From Pelomyxa schiedti (lineage: Eukaryota > Protista > Evosea): 64,000 nucleotides of DNA. Below, one piece after another: positions 49,901 through 62,858 of this stretch (position 1 is the stretch's first letter; each line of letters starts with the position of its first letter). A model generated the notes under the pieces. It searched no databases. It was not told the origin of the DNA and was given only the letters and a program-made list of their open reading frames with translations. The DNA is taken from positions 1 to 64,000 of the forward strand of contig JAHLWZ010000849.1 of NCBI GenBank assembly GCA_020536535.1, in the 5' to 3' direction. The position numbers and the translations under genes are program-made.

Positions 49901-52900
49901 AGTAGGCTTCTGATAGGGATTTACAAGGCTGTGAGAAAATTTCCGCAGTAGACGAAATGGTGCCAACTGTCTTCTCAACTTCCGGTTCGAGTTCGCATTG
50001 TGATGACTGGATAGAACTAGTCTGGTCATGTGCACTTGTGAAAAGAAAAACTCCACTATCCACAGAGACTTTTGATTGTGTACTATCAAGCAGACTACTT
50101 TCGTCAGTCGGGATTGATTTGAACTGTGAGAGTTTCAAGAAACCGCCAGAAGTAGTTTCCAAATTGACAGAACTTCCTGACGCCTCCACTTTTGTGTCCT
50201 CACCCACAGTGCTGCACTTTGTGGAGAGAGATTGGGAATGGAGTGTCATTTCATCTATTTTGTTTGTCTTTGAGTCTTCAGACCTTTCATTACTCACTTC
50301 CAGTTCATCAACCCACCAGTCTTCATCCCCGTCCCCATTCTTACTATGAGTTTCTTCTGTGAGAGTATCTTCTGAACCAACAATCAGGGTTACTTCACTT
50401 TCACTTTCATCTCCGATATCCATGGATGTGTTCAAACCCAATACAACACTTATGCCTTCAGTAGTGTCTGAATGCTCAGAGACTAGAACTGAATTGTGTT
50501 GGGTGGCAGAGGTACTATCTTTCTCTTTAAGACTTGCAATTGTCTTTATGCTCTCCTTTGTGCTTTGTCTACTGCTTTGCCTGGAAGGATTAGTGACTTG
50601 ATGACTCGTTATGCAATCGGAAAGACTCCCCGAGCTCGTTGTGATTGGAAAATAATGTGACATTGTGCCATTGGTTTCAAGTGTGTCGAGAGCTTCAATT
50701 TCTTCAGTTCCAAAAACACCATCCCATGCTCGAGAGCCAGGAAGAGGCTGGAAGGACTTGGAAGACAGGGTCGATTCAGGCAGAGAACTTGAATTTATGT
50801 GAAGAGATTCCGTTGTGAAGGTCATACTGCTACTTAAATTTTGATCTGAACAACCATCAATATCTTCACCCGAAAATCCCGATGCTGGCCTTTCACATGG
50901 GGCCGACATACCAGAGGAAATTATTTCCTGTATTGATAGACCCTCGACTTGACGCGCACTGGGATCACCACCAGAGCTCAATGTCGGTAAGGGAAGGGTG
51001 CCGAATATAGAACTGTAGACTTTAGATTTAGAGGAATAGCTTGCATTATCAGCCTCGTAATACGAGAGGGTTCCAACATCGCTGAGTACTGATCCAACTG
51101 ACACACCTTCTCCAGCACAATCGTCCTGAGTATCCAACTCCAACTGGTTTTGAACCGTCAATCGTGTTGCCTGGGAACTTGACTTGAAAGAACGGCTGCC
51201 ATCCATTGATTGCAATAAAGCTTCCACAATCGCTTTTACTTCAGAGTTCTTTTTGTCAGAAACACTTTCACTGCATACTGAACTGGTCTGACAGAGTTGA
51301 TTTCTTTCTACACTGGATTTTTCTGGACTATGATCCGCGTGAGTAACCTCTGAGAAAGTTTCATCCATCCCTGGAGTGGGAATAAAATCTGCCCCCTCAC
51401 TCAACGGCTCCAAGCCTTCCAATAGGGAATATGTACTTGCAGTTTGGTGTATTGACGACTTGGGAGATGGGAAATTGATTCCTTCAAACGTGGTACCAGT
51501 TGCCATTATTGAACCGCTGGAGGTACTGCTGGAAAGGGAAAGAGGCATAGACAATCCCATGGTTGAGTTGCTTTCTTTACTCCTTTGTAAGGGAATAGAG
51601 TTGCTCGCGGTAGCAGGAATGGATTGTGGTTGATTTCCTGAAAGCCTTTCTGTTTCTAATGAACCGTGAAGAGATTCTCTCTGTTCAGCCACAAAGCTTT
51701 GAGAGTTGGATTCCACAATATTTTTTGGTACATCAGCCATCTCACCTGCTACATAAGTTTCTTGAGGAATACTATGCTCCGCATTTGCCAAAACATGCAC
51801 CCCTTCATAGTCACTCCCTTTGGCTTGCTTGTCATTAGAAATAGCATCAACTCTGCTCTTTGACAAACGGAGTGAAGAACTAACAAAGTAATTGCTTGTT
51901 GATGTATCAGATTCAATTGAAACAGCACTCTCAAATAATTCTCCTGACTTGCAGACTGAATCTTGCATCGAATTCGAGGTTTTGCCAGTTGGACACAACT
52001 GATTTGAACTTTTTTCCATGGTGAAAAGCGAGTCACACTGAGAATCGCCACTGGGAGTATGTACGTTGCGATTTAAGCTTGAAAGCACGCCAGCGTAAGT
52101 GGATATGTCAGAGGGGGATAAACTGTGCTCAGAAATAACATGGTCACGTGCACTTTGCCTGGAATTTTCAAGTGCTTTTGATGAGTTTCCAGAGGAATGG
52201 TGGGACATAATATCTTTAGAACTGAAACTGTTGCGAACGCCCGAAATGCTAAGCTTCTTGCTTCTGGGTGAGCATTGCTCTGTTCCCATAGAGTGAGTGA
52301 ATTCTTCTTTACTGGACTCTGCACTTGAATTTATTCCCTTTGGTTCTCTAAGTGCACCTGTCTGATTTAGTGTGCTAGAAGTCCCTAAGCCAGTAGCAGA
52401 TGACACGGCTTGAATTGGTATATCAGAAGATACATCAGTGATGGAGATTACTGAAGGAGAGTCATCGGCCCAAATACTTTCTGAGCCACTCTGATCCTCA
52501 GTTTCATCATCAATTGCCAATATAGCGCTGTCCAGCTCGTCATTCAGGAGATGTTTGTCCACGCTTAACCTCTCTTTTTCCAGTTGCTTCAGTGCCTCCC
52601 CAGTGCTGTAAGTACCACAGACCGATGTGGATTTGGAACCCCCTTCTAGCAGTCCACCCACCGCCCAGTCGGGATTCCACTTTAGGGTTTTTTCGGTTGA
52701 GCTTACTGCTTGGATTTCTCCCACTACAGTTTTCTCACTGGAGTAAGGCTGGTCTTGTTGATGGGAGGTAGACATATTGCTTTCAGTACGCCTGGTGTTG
52801 AATTCATCTGCAACGAACGGGTTGACTTCTATCTGTGGTCCTCCACTGATAGTCAAGGAGGAATCCTGAATGCAGCTCTCAAATTGAGGTTTTTGTGAAG

Positions 52901-55900
52901 TCTCATGTATGCCTCTGTGTTTTCTGCTGGATTGTTTGCTGGAGAAACTGGCACCTTTGTGTGAACCTCTATTCTCATTTGCAGTGAAACTTGGGTGGGT
53001 TGAAAAAACTTGCTCTTCTGAAGAGTGAAAACTTGCATCAGAAACAGAGCAATTCAAGGAATTCATTGTAGTAGGAAATAGAGATGAGGATAAAGATGCC
53101 CCAGAAAAAGAAGAGTTTCCAATAGCACTCAACTCCACAGGAGACAGGGATTCAGTGTGTATAGACATGTGGTTCCCAGTGTAGGTCCTTACACTGGGAT
53201 AGTTCGATTCATCAGATTTTTCTTTATCCTCAGAGGGTAGTTCCCCATTGTGAATACCATTGATCACTGGGCTCTCACTGGCTGCTTCTACCTCGAGAGG
53301 CTTTGAAACAGAATGTGTATCTGTTCCGTAACTGCCAGTGAGAGACTGCACTAAAAAATGATTAGTTTCTTGGGTGTTTATGCTTGGATCTAAGCAACTG
53401 CTTTCATCACCCGGGTACCCTGCAATAAAAAGTGGATCCATTGACTCATGGTAGTCATTGCTTTCAACCAACGTGCTACTTACCCAGTTACTCTGAGAAG
53501 AAACTTGCTCCTTTGATTCCAGTATGCCGGCTGTAAACGAAATGGTTGAATCTGGTTGTTTGTTTGTGCCTGAACTTCGAGTTTTCGACTTGCACTGAAA
53601 GGAGTCTCCGTGGCTCCCCAAAGGTAAAATACTTGTTGTGCCTGACTGGGGTATCTCTTGGCTTCCACTTTTATATGACTTGTAGCTAGCCTCATAGTCA
53701 CTGAGGGGTAGCTGGGCTGTGACAACATCCTCTTCCTCTTCGAATTCCTCACTAGGCAATGTTCCAGAAGAATTACATGGTTCAGATAGAAAGGGAGATG
53801 CTGAACTGCGACTGGAATTGTGCAGCATGGCATCAGTTCTTAGCATTTGTTCTACAATCTTAAGTATATTGCTTGCCTCGTTTTCTGTCCCCTGGGTTTT
53901 TTCCTTTTCCTGGTTTTCGCATGCACTTGATGCATTTTGTAACTTTATATCTTGCTGACAACCTAAATCTGCAGTGTCATTTTTATTCTTTGGTAAGGTG
54001 TCATCTACATCCATTGCACTCAATGAACTCCTGGAGTTGCTGGCTTGTGAAGAACTGCCAGTTTGTGGAAGACAAACGGGTGTGGAAGGGAGACCTTTCA
54101 AGCTATTCTCAAGATAATTCTCACGAGATTTAGTGAAGAGGAGGGAACTTTGTTCTGCTAGATGGGACTCATTTCTTGAAGAGCAGTCAAGTTCTAAAGG
54201 AACCTGAGAAAACAGTGTCCCACTCGATGTTTTTGGCGTGAAGGAGCTCGGGGGATTGGAAAAACAAAGCTCGTTGGCGAGTGACGCAGTTCCAACATTG
54301 AAAATGGACTTTGAAACAACTGTGGAGGTGTTGTACGAGTTGAGTGCATCCTCTTCATCACCAGTATTACTGTGATCTGGAGATTCTACTTTCCCTCTAA
54401 TACTGTCTTGTTTCTGTGTATTTCTAGAGGAGTCCAAGTTAGCTTCCACGGTGTTGATGCTTTCAAAAAAGGAAGTGGAGGAAGGTTCTAGACTCCCACA
54501 ATGGGAAACTAAATCATCGGTATTGGTTGAATCCTCACAATCGGGAACACTAACAAGAGACTGATAATCACTTCTCTCAAGGCTGGCATAGCTGTTTGTC
54601 AACTGGACATCAAGAAGGGCTCTTTGAACGTTGCTATCTGGATCGTTGGATGCTTTGGAAGAAACACCTCGTTCTTTTAGATTGGACTTTGTATAAGAGT
54701 GAGGTTTGGAACTTTCATGTGTATTCATCTGCGATGTCTGATCAAATGGAGAGGAGGCCACAAGATAATTAGTGCTTGTACCCTCTCGTTGACCTTGCAT
54801 AAATTTCTGTGTGGTACTCTGGCCAGAACGAATTTCATAAAGGGGTGCGTCCTTCGTTTTATCTGCAGAAGACATGCGGCCCAGTTTGTTTCCACTCCTC
54901 GAAGAGGTTTTACTATGAGTTGATCTATGCTTATGGTGTTTCGTGTTCACGGAGTTTGTAGGACTAAAGTCTTGTCCACTTATACTAGTTTGAAACAGTT
55001 CATCTGGGACTTCAATAGAGGCTGTTTGAGAGTGCTCATCAAGTGGGTCAACAGTACCAATTAAGTCCCCACTTTCAGAAGGTTCGCTAGAAGCACTGCC
55101 ACCAGGAGGAAGAATTGCTTTTGTCTCCATTGATGATGTACTAGAACCATCTGATGAAAGGGGACCAGCACTCCCACTTGTTTCTTTCAGAAGACTGTAT
55201 GACCTCTCAAGAGCACTTTCTGCAGCAAGGTCGATAGAATTGTGTATGGTAGTAGAGAAAGTGCTCAGCCTTGCACTGGTACTCAAAACCGAGTTTTGTG
55301 CCCTCTCATTAGCTGTAAAATTACCTGATGCAAATTGGCTCCCATAATCACTTGGTGAGATATTGCTGCTGGAAGCAATATTTGATGTGACACTGGGCTC
55401 AAGGGTGCTGCCAGATCTATCAAAAAAATTAAATTCCCTGGGGGACAGTGATCCATATGATTTTGTCAAGTGCCCATAAGAGTGGCTTGGTTCCAGACTT
55501 TCATCTCTGAATTGACGAACAGAATCAACGGTGGGTTCAATTTCTTCATCAGGAAAATTTTCCATTTCTGTAACTGAGCCGTGGTTCTTCCCTCCTCTCT
55601 CGTCACTAGAGCCTTTGGAACTAGTTGGTTGAGTGCCAAAACCTTGGTTTGGAGCATTGGGGGTTGGCCTTTTAGCACAGGCACCATTTCCAGCATCATC
55701 GTCGTCATCGTCGGAATGGAATTTGTCTGGTTTGGAATACTCTTCCTCTACGAATTCTATTTGGTCTTCTTCATTGTCTTCTTCATCAAGATCCTCACTC
55801 CTTGAGGATTTGCCTGGTTGTGGTCCCGTGTGTTTTGCACTACTTTTGGCACTACTCTCAATAAAAGATTCTTCAAGAAGAGAAATTTCAGTAACATCGT

Positions 55901-58900
55901 CCATTAGTCCCTTTTCTGCTTGTGAGTCCTCCTCAATACTTGCACAGAAACTGCCAAGAAGGTCTTCACTATCACTCTCATTCAGCTCGGTCATGCCACT
56001 ACCAATAAGATTTGCTGAGTTACCACTTGCACTCTTTGCAGAGGAGCCACGGGCTGAAGAACTGCCACCAATTGCAGCAGTACTATCCCCAGCACCAGGA
56101 ACACCACAAAAAGCTTGTGCAGCAGATGCACTGCTTTGCTGTGATGCCCTAGAATTTCTTTTTGACTCCGTGGAGGGATATTTGTTGCCTTTCTTACTGG
56201 CTCCAGAACTGGACTGGCTGCCACTTGCTTTCGAATTTCGTGAAAATTCCTTACTGGAGATTGAATCCTTGTCCTCTGAAGGGGTATTTACGGCGCTATC
56301 TTCTTTTGGAACGTTCTCAGAACCAGGTTGAAGTGGAGGGAGGTGGCTTTGCAATTTTTGTATCTGTTGCTGCAGTTGTTGCATTTGCTCTTGTAGTTGC
56401 TTGGGCGCTACCGATTGACTAGGTTGCATGGTGTTCTCTTCATTTCGCTGCACAGGGCTAGGCTGTTCCTCAGTACAAGGAGGAGCTGCCACCTTTTTAT
56501 AATTAATAAGAAACTGTGAATTTTCAATACCTTTGTCAAGTCAGACCGTACAGGAACTTGATTTTGTGGTGGGAATTGAATGGGTTTCTGTGAAGAAATT
56601 GGCCCATAATTCTCCTGTCTGATGGGGGGCAGGGTTTCAGTTTGTGGAACAACAACTAATTGAAGAGTTGGCGATGGCGGTAAAGATGGCACTGTTTGGG
56701 GAACTGATTGAAGGGGAGGTAACTGAGAGAAGTCAGTCTGGGGAACAACCACGAGAAGATGATCGGGCTTCGCTTCATTCCCTTCTTGCAGAGGATATCC
56801 CAAAATATTGGGGTGAGGCTGAATGGCTTGGTCTGAGGGGGGTTGTGGCAAAGAAGATGGCTGCAAATTGTTGAACAAGGAATGAGAAGCTTGTGACTCA
56901 GATGATTGATTGTCTGAAGCAAGCCTTGGAGTAACGTTATCTTCACTGCTTGAGCTAGAACGTTGTTGAGTTTTCTTATTAGTCTTGTGCTTGTGGTGTA
57001 TGTGGCCGAATCCAGCAGACTCTGTAGCATTCCCAATCTCTGGGTGCCTATCAGTTTCCATTGAATTTGTTTCATCCTGGGGAGTGACTGTATCAACACT
57101 ACTATTGTGCTCACGAAGCCGTGTGACCGAGCTTGTCTCCGAATGTTGTGTTGCCTGAATATCATCTTCAACGTCAGTATGATCCATGCCTGCACTGCTG
57201 AAAGTTCTTGGTTTGAAATTAGTGGAAGGATGTGGACTTTTCTCTTGTGGAATCCGGCTATCAAGTCTTCCTTGATAGGCGTTGTTTGGATTCTTACTCG
57301 AGTATGATAAGCTGTCCAACAACTCATCCACCTCATCCCCTAAAGATTTTCCGGTTGCATCCTTTGGGTAATCTCCGTTTTTGTATAGAATGGAATCTGA
57401 CTTGTCTGAGCCAAAGTGCGTAAGAGATGGCTCTATTTCGTCTGTACTGGATACAAGTATTTGTGATTGATGGAGCGGGTGAGACTTGTGCCGAGAACGA
57501 TTTTTCCGCCGTTGGTTGGTCTTTGCATTTCGTGGCTGTGGCAAATCTTCACCGAAGGCAAGGTTTCCGCTGGGTGTTTCAATTAAATCGATAATTTTAC
57601 TGACTTCAGCACTGACATCGGATTCAATTGGTGAAAGCACTTTGCTCTGCTGGGTTTTAGGAGATTTGACGTTTCCTTGAGGTTGAGGGGGAGAGGCCTC
57701 TTGGGTTGGGCCAACCTTTTTCATGGTGAGTGCATAGGTAATAAGCTGAAAGATACTTGTTGAATTGCCTGAAGCTCTTTCAGAACTTTTACAGCTTCAT
57801 GTAACCCAAACTGAGAGTCGGGTTTGCTCACTATATGAATTAAGGAACAGGAATATTATTTTGAGTGAAACCTTCTTTGGAACACTCCATGTGAGCCACT
57901 CTATCTGTAACCTGAGTCAAATCTTTTTGTAAAACGGAAAGAGTCTGGTGTATGTTGGTATTTGTGTCTGACATTTGCTGTGACAACTTCGTAATCTACT
58001 GAGAGTAAGAAATTTATTTGCCCATTTCAGAATTGGATTCACTTGTTCTGATCTGGAAGTATTGTACGCATTCTGCGCGGAAAGACCGGAGGCAATACTA
58101 GCATTGAGCTCGTGGATAGTGCTAATTACTACCATCACAAGAGAAGACAAAGAGGAAGAAACAAACTTTCTATGAGATTCAATACTTTTAGAGTGTGAAG
58201 AACAAAGCTCCCGCAGAACAGAAATATCGGCTCTTATTGCAGGTAGTTCTGCCTGTATTTTGGAGTGTATCTGTTGAGATACTACCTCCCTGTAAGAAGT
58301 TAGTTAGACTAAGAGTAACACAGGGCACAATTTACATGGCACTTCGCGATTTTTCTTCAGAAAAGGCACATTGTTGGTGGAGAGAATCCAAGTCCTTTTT
58401 CAGGGTACTTATTTCATCAAGAATTTTGGTATGCAGCTTATTTATGGCCTTATTGCCCCTTGTTTGGTTAAGTTTAATGCATGATTGTCTCACCTACAAG
58501 TTCAGAGCAGTAAGCGCATCTTCATGCTGTTTAACTGCATAAGAGTGTTCAGCCACAGAATCTTGGAGAGACTTAATACAGCTGCATTGCGCTTTTAGAG
58601 ACTCAACTTGTCTGAAATATATTAGAGTTGATACTGGGGTTTTTTCGTACAGTTCCAACGATTTAAGGTTATCTCGTTGAGATGCTAGAGAGTTGGCAGA
58701 AGAAAGCTGCGTTATGGCATCACTTAGGGCCTGTACTTGCTGATTGGCAACAGGTGGATTTGTTGAAAGTGGTGTCTGAAGGCTTCTCACTAAAGCGACT
58801 TCTCTGGAACTATCATTAGCTAATATAAAACGGGAGACCTACCCTCGTAAGTCCTGTAGCTGTGAAGTGAGTGTCTGAATTAATGGTTGCTTGGCATCAA

Positions 58901-61900
58901 GTGATTGACAGCTTTTAGAAACATAATCTAGGGAGCTATTTACACTTAATACAAACAAAACTTATTGGGAAGCCACAACCTTGCTAAAGAGTCCACCTTT
59001 GTTTTGAGTTCATCATATTTACAGGTGAGCATAGTCACCTCCTGTTACATATTGTTTATACAGTTCCACGTTGTATAGACAGGGAACTACCTTGAGAGAG
59101 GAATCCTGGGGTTTTGGGTGAATTTTTAGCAGTGCCTCCTGCACTTCAGCAATTTGTGTTGAACTTTCTTCTGGGCGCTCACTTTCAAGCTTGGATACTT
59201 TTTTCCCCTGTTTCTTAACTTGTGAGGAAAGTTTTTCCAATTGAGTATTATGCTGATCAACAAGTTCTTTCAGACTATCATGAACCCGCACAACCTCAGT
59301 TAGTATTTTTTTCTCCAGTGATTTCATGGAGACTTCAGTTTCACTCAACTTATCACTGTGATAGTTCAATGCTTCTCCAATTTGTTTTCTCACGAACAAC
59401 CGGAGTTCATTGTCATGGGCAGATGACTGACTGGAAGCATCAGCAAGTTGTTTCTGGATTTCTGGAACACATTCCACTAATAGCTTTCTCTCCAAGCGTT
59501 TCACTGAATCACTGAGTGCATCAAATTGAACTACTTGACGGGATATTGCGTCATCTATCTGTTGCTGAACCGTTTTTGCATTGAATACTTCTGCCTTTTG
59601 CTGAAGCAGTTTCAAGGTCGATCTCAACTCGTCGTATGGCTGAATGTTGGAACCAATTTCTTGAACTTTCCCCAGAAGTTCAGTAACTTGCCTGTGCACC
59701 TCTTGTTGGGAACTGTTCTGTTTCCCAATTCGTTGCTCAGCTTGTCTGACTTCGTCTTTCAGCTCACCCACATTGGAGTTCTGTTGTGTTATTGATTCCG
59801 TGAACTGTTTCCGTAGATCATTGATATTGTCTATCATTTGTTTGCGCAACTCTCCAACAGATTCAACAACACCCTTACGCAGCTCTCCGCCTTGAATGTT
59901 GGCGTTTGTTTGTAAGTCAGTTAATTGCCTACGGAAGTCGGCAGATTGTTCATTGTTGTGTGACTCCACCTCAAGAACTTGCCTGCGTATTTCATTCATG
60001 ATTTGGGTGCTGCTTTGAGCTACATTATCCACAACTTGCTTTTTAATTTCTGCACCTACCCCTTGCATCACAGAGTCTCCAACCTGACGTTTGATATCAG
60101 GTGCAAGTGTTTGCACAGCACTATCAGTAATCTCTTTGGTGATCTCTGAGAAGTGAGAAGTCGCATCAGCAATTTGCTTTTTCAACTCAGGAATTATCGT
60201 TGCAGTGTTCTTTGTAAGGCTGGAAACGTTTTGAGTGACGTCTTCAATCTGCTTCTGGTGTTGTGTTATAACATCTGAGAGCCGCTTTGTCTCAGACACA
60301 TTCGTGGCCACTGCAGAAGCTGTTTTGCTCTCGAAGTTTCTCAGGTATTCTCCTTGCTGTTCATCAAGTTGAGTTATTCGACATATTGCTTCAGCAAGAT
60401 TTTTTTGGAGATCTGATAGAATCTGAAGGTGTATTGTGTAAGAAAAAATTCTTCTATTCTTCTGAACCTGAGCTTGATGGCTGGCCCGAGTTTTAGTGCC
60501 CTCAGCTATCTGTGAAATGCCAGATATGTCTGAGGAAATCTGTAGACAAAATTAGAGAGGTTGAGTTTATTGGAAACTCACAGAATCCATTTTCTCAGTG
60601 AAGCTGTCTTGAAATTGAGCAAGTTGCTTATTCAGACCATCCACTTTTGATTTTTGGTCATCTCTTCAGCCAAGATGAGAGAGGAAAATATTGTTTAAGC
60701 TACTTAAAGTGCACAAGGTTTTGAATGTCCCGCGTGAGTTTTTCGACATTATCCCCAATGGGGTGACAAGTCTCTTCAATCCGCCTATCAAAGTCATTTG
60801 TGGCTGCAATGCAAGTAGCTATATTTTGTTTCAGTATTTGCATTTGCTGGTCAGAGGTCTGCCTTCGAAAAAGGTTATGAGAGTGAGAAGTGAGCATGTT
60901 AAAACCTTATAGACGAGGCCTCCACTTTGGCCAGAGAATTCTTGATCTCAGAAATGTGGTCATTTGTAGAAATTTCATTTTTCTTTATGTCTTCCATTGC
61001 AGAAGAAAGCCTATTTTGTTTATTAAGAGAGCAACGAAATTGTGCGTTACCCTAGAAGCTCCTGAGTTACTTTTTGCTCAAGTAGCAACAGCCTTGTTTC
61101 CAAATCTGAAGGCGATGGAGTGGGTGGCAATGGTGTAGAGGGTAACAGTATGGTTGGCAATGGGGTGGGTGGCAATGTGATGGGTGGCAATGTGGTGGGT
61201 GGCACTGGAGCAGGTGCCAATACAGCTTCAGGTTCTTGGACAGGTAATTTGGTGTCTGGACTGGGTTGTGGTATGGGGGGCAGTGGCTTGCCTTCGGGAT
61301 TGGAGTCTTCCAAGGGGATAATGGTTGTGGATTTCTTACTTCCAGATTCCATTTTCTGCATATGCCCAAGAACTCCCTCTATTTTTTTTCTGAAAAAAAG
61401 TTATCACTCTCATATTAAGCTATGGTTGGTACCTAAGTTTTGCATTCTCCTTCTCCAATTTTTTTTGAGATTGCACCATATCTGTGCGCCACTTTTCAAC
61501 TTCAGTGGAGATCTCCTTAACCCGCTGGTCAGTGGCACCAAGTTGTTCTTCGTTGACTCTGCCATCAATTTCACCTCTTAGTTCTGATATCTAATATGTT
61601 AAGGAGGGTTGTAATCAACGTAGAGTAAGATGAACATTGGCATTGGTGCTTTCAAGGGCAACAGCCACTTGGTGGTGGAGAACGTTTACTGCATCACTTA
61701 TTTTTTTTTCAGTTATCATATCAGTTTCAGCACGCAAAGTACTCTCAGAGTTGTTGCTGCTTTTCGTATCAGAATATTAAGAGTAGTGGTTGATACTTGT
61801 TTGCTGTAGTGAAAAGAAATCTGTGTATTGAATCCGCAGCATCACATTGCAGAGGTGTAGGTGTACCTTGTGCAGCCATACCCTGTCTTGGAAGTATGAC

Positions 61901-62531
61901 TCCAAGACGAGACAGATATGAATTTGTGGTATAAGCAACTATTTCTTCAATCATTCTTACTTGCTACAAAAAGATCAAAACAATACAGTAGCAGAAAATG
62001 CAAACCCTAGAAAATAGAGCATTTTGAAGATCTCTCAATTCACTCAATTCCAGCTTTAGTGACGATGTCTGGCGTGTGTTTGTGCTCAACCCAGTGTGAA
62101 GTAAACCAATACTAGATTTACATGCAGAGAGCTCCTTTTTAAGTTCCCTATGAGAGAATGTTATGATAGAGTAATTTTTGTGGGGCCTACTTTACACGTT
62201 CCTGAGTGGTTATACGCTAAAAAAAAATAGTGAGAATAAGGGAACGAACCAGGAAAAAGGGGAAAAAAATGCTCACAGTATTTAGCTCGTCTTCACTATT
62301 TGGAAACTGCGGTTGTTGTATATACATTTTTGCAGGTGGAGGTGCATTGGATGTTTTGTTTGCAGCAACAGGCGACAGTCCTTGGTTCGCCGTTGTTTGC
62401 TTGTTCTGCGACCCCGGCGTCAGACGTGAGATCCCAATCAGCTGAGTCACTGACGGAGAAGACGACGGTGTTATAGACGGGGTACTCAGAGGCGACGTGA
62501 GATCCTCAACGTGCACGTTACCCCCACTCAT
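46980..62531 (-). CDS. Giant protein (>4000 aa): N-terminal coiled coil plus very long Ser-rich disordered region ending in a His-rich tail
   Basis: Collinear minus-strand ORFs 62217-62531, 61047-61361, 59019-60311 (heptad-rich), 56408-57724 and 46980-56492 (3170 aa). Junction LTK|VAAPP crosses a short GT-AG intron at ~56493-56530. The other joins are inferred. Confidence 0.75.
61130..61205 (-). repeat. Imperfect 15-bp coding tandem repeat (PPT-x-L pentapeptide)
   Basis: Encodes PPTTL PPITL PPTPL PTILL PSTPL. Confidence 0.75.
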
Positions 62532-62858
62532 TGGTGGTTTTTTTTTTTGTTTTGTTTTTGTTGGTAAATAAGTTCACTCTAATGTCTGGTTTCGTGTAAA
62601 ATATGTAATCACCGAAAGGCATCAGCAGCATTCTGGAACTCACAGCAGAATCCCACTTGGAACAACACAAAACTCCCCACTGCCCTGAGGAACAAGAATG
62701 CTGTAAGAGAAATCTGCTCCTGACACCACAACCAGTTTGTTTACAGACTAACTTGGCAATTTTTTGACCGGCGAAAGCGCTTTGTTACGCACCCGTTGTA
62801 AACACAACCAACACAAACAAACCGCAAAGAAAGGCTTTCGGCAGGCAACAATCCCATA

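Noticed and set aside
55633-56331. 232-aa plus-strand ORF and similar antisense ORFs (e.g. 62741-63503, 39358-39798)
   Set aside because: Antisense shadows of low-complexity or GC-rich coding sequence.
46980-56492. Long intronless ORF as a viral or transposon insertion
   Set aside because: No RT, integrase, capsid or polymerase motifs. It is joined by a normal intron to upstream exons and is low complexity.
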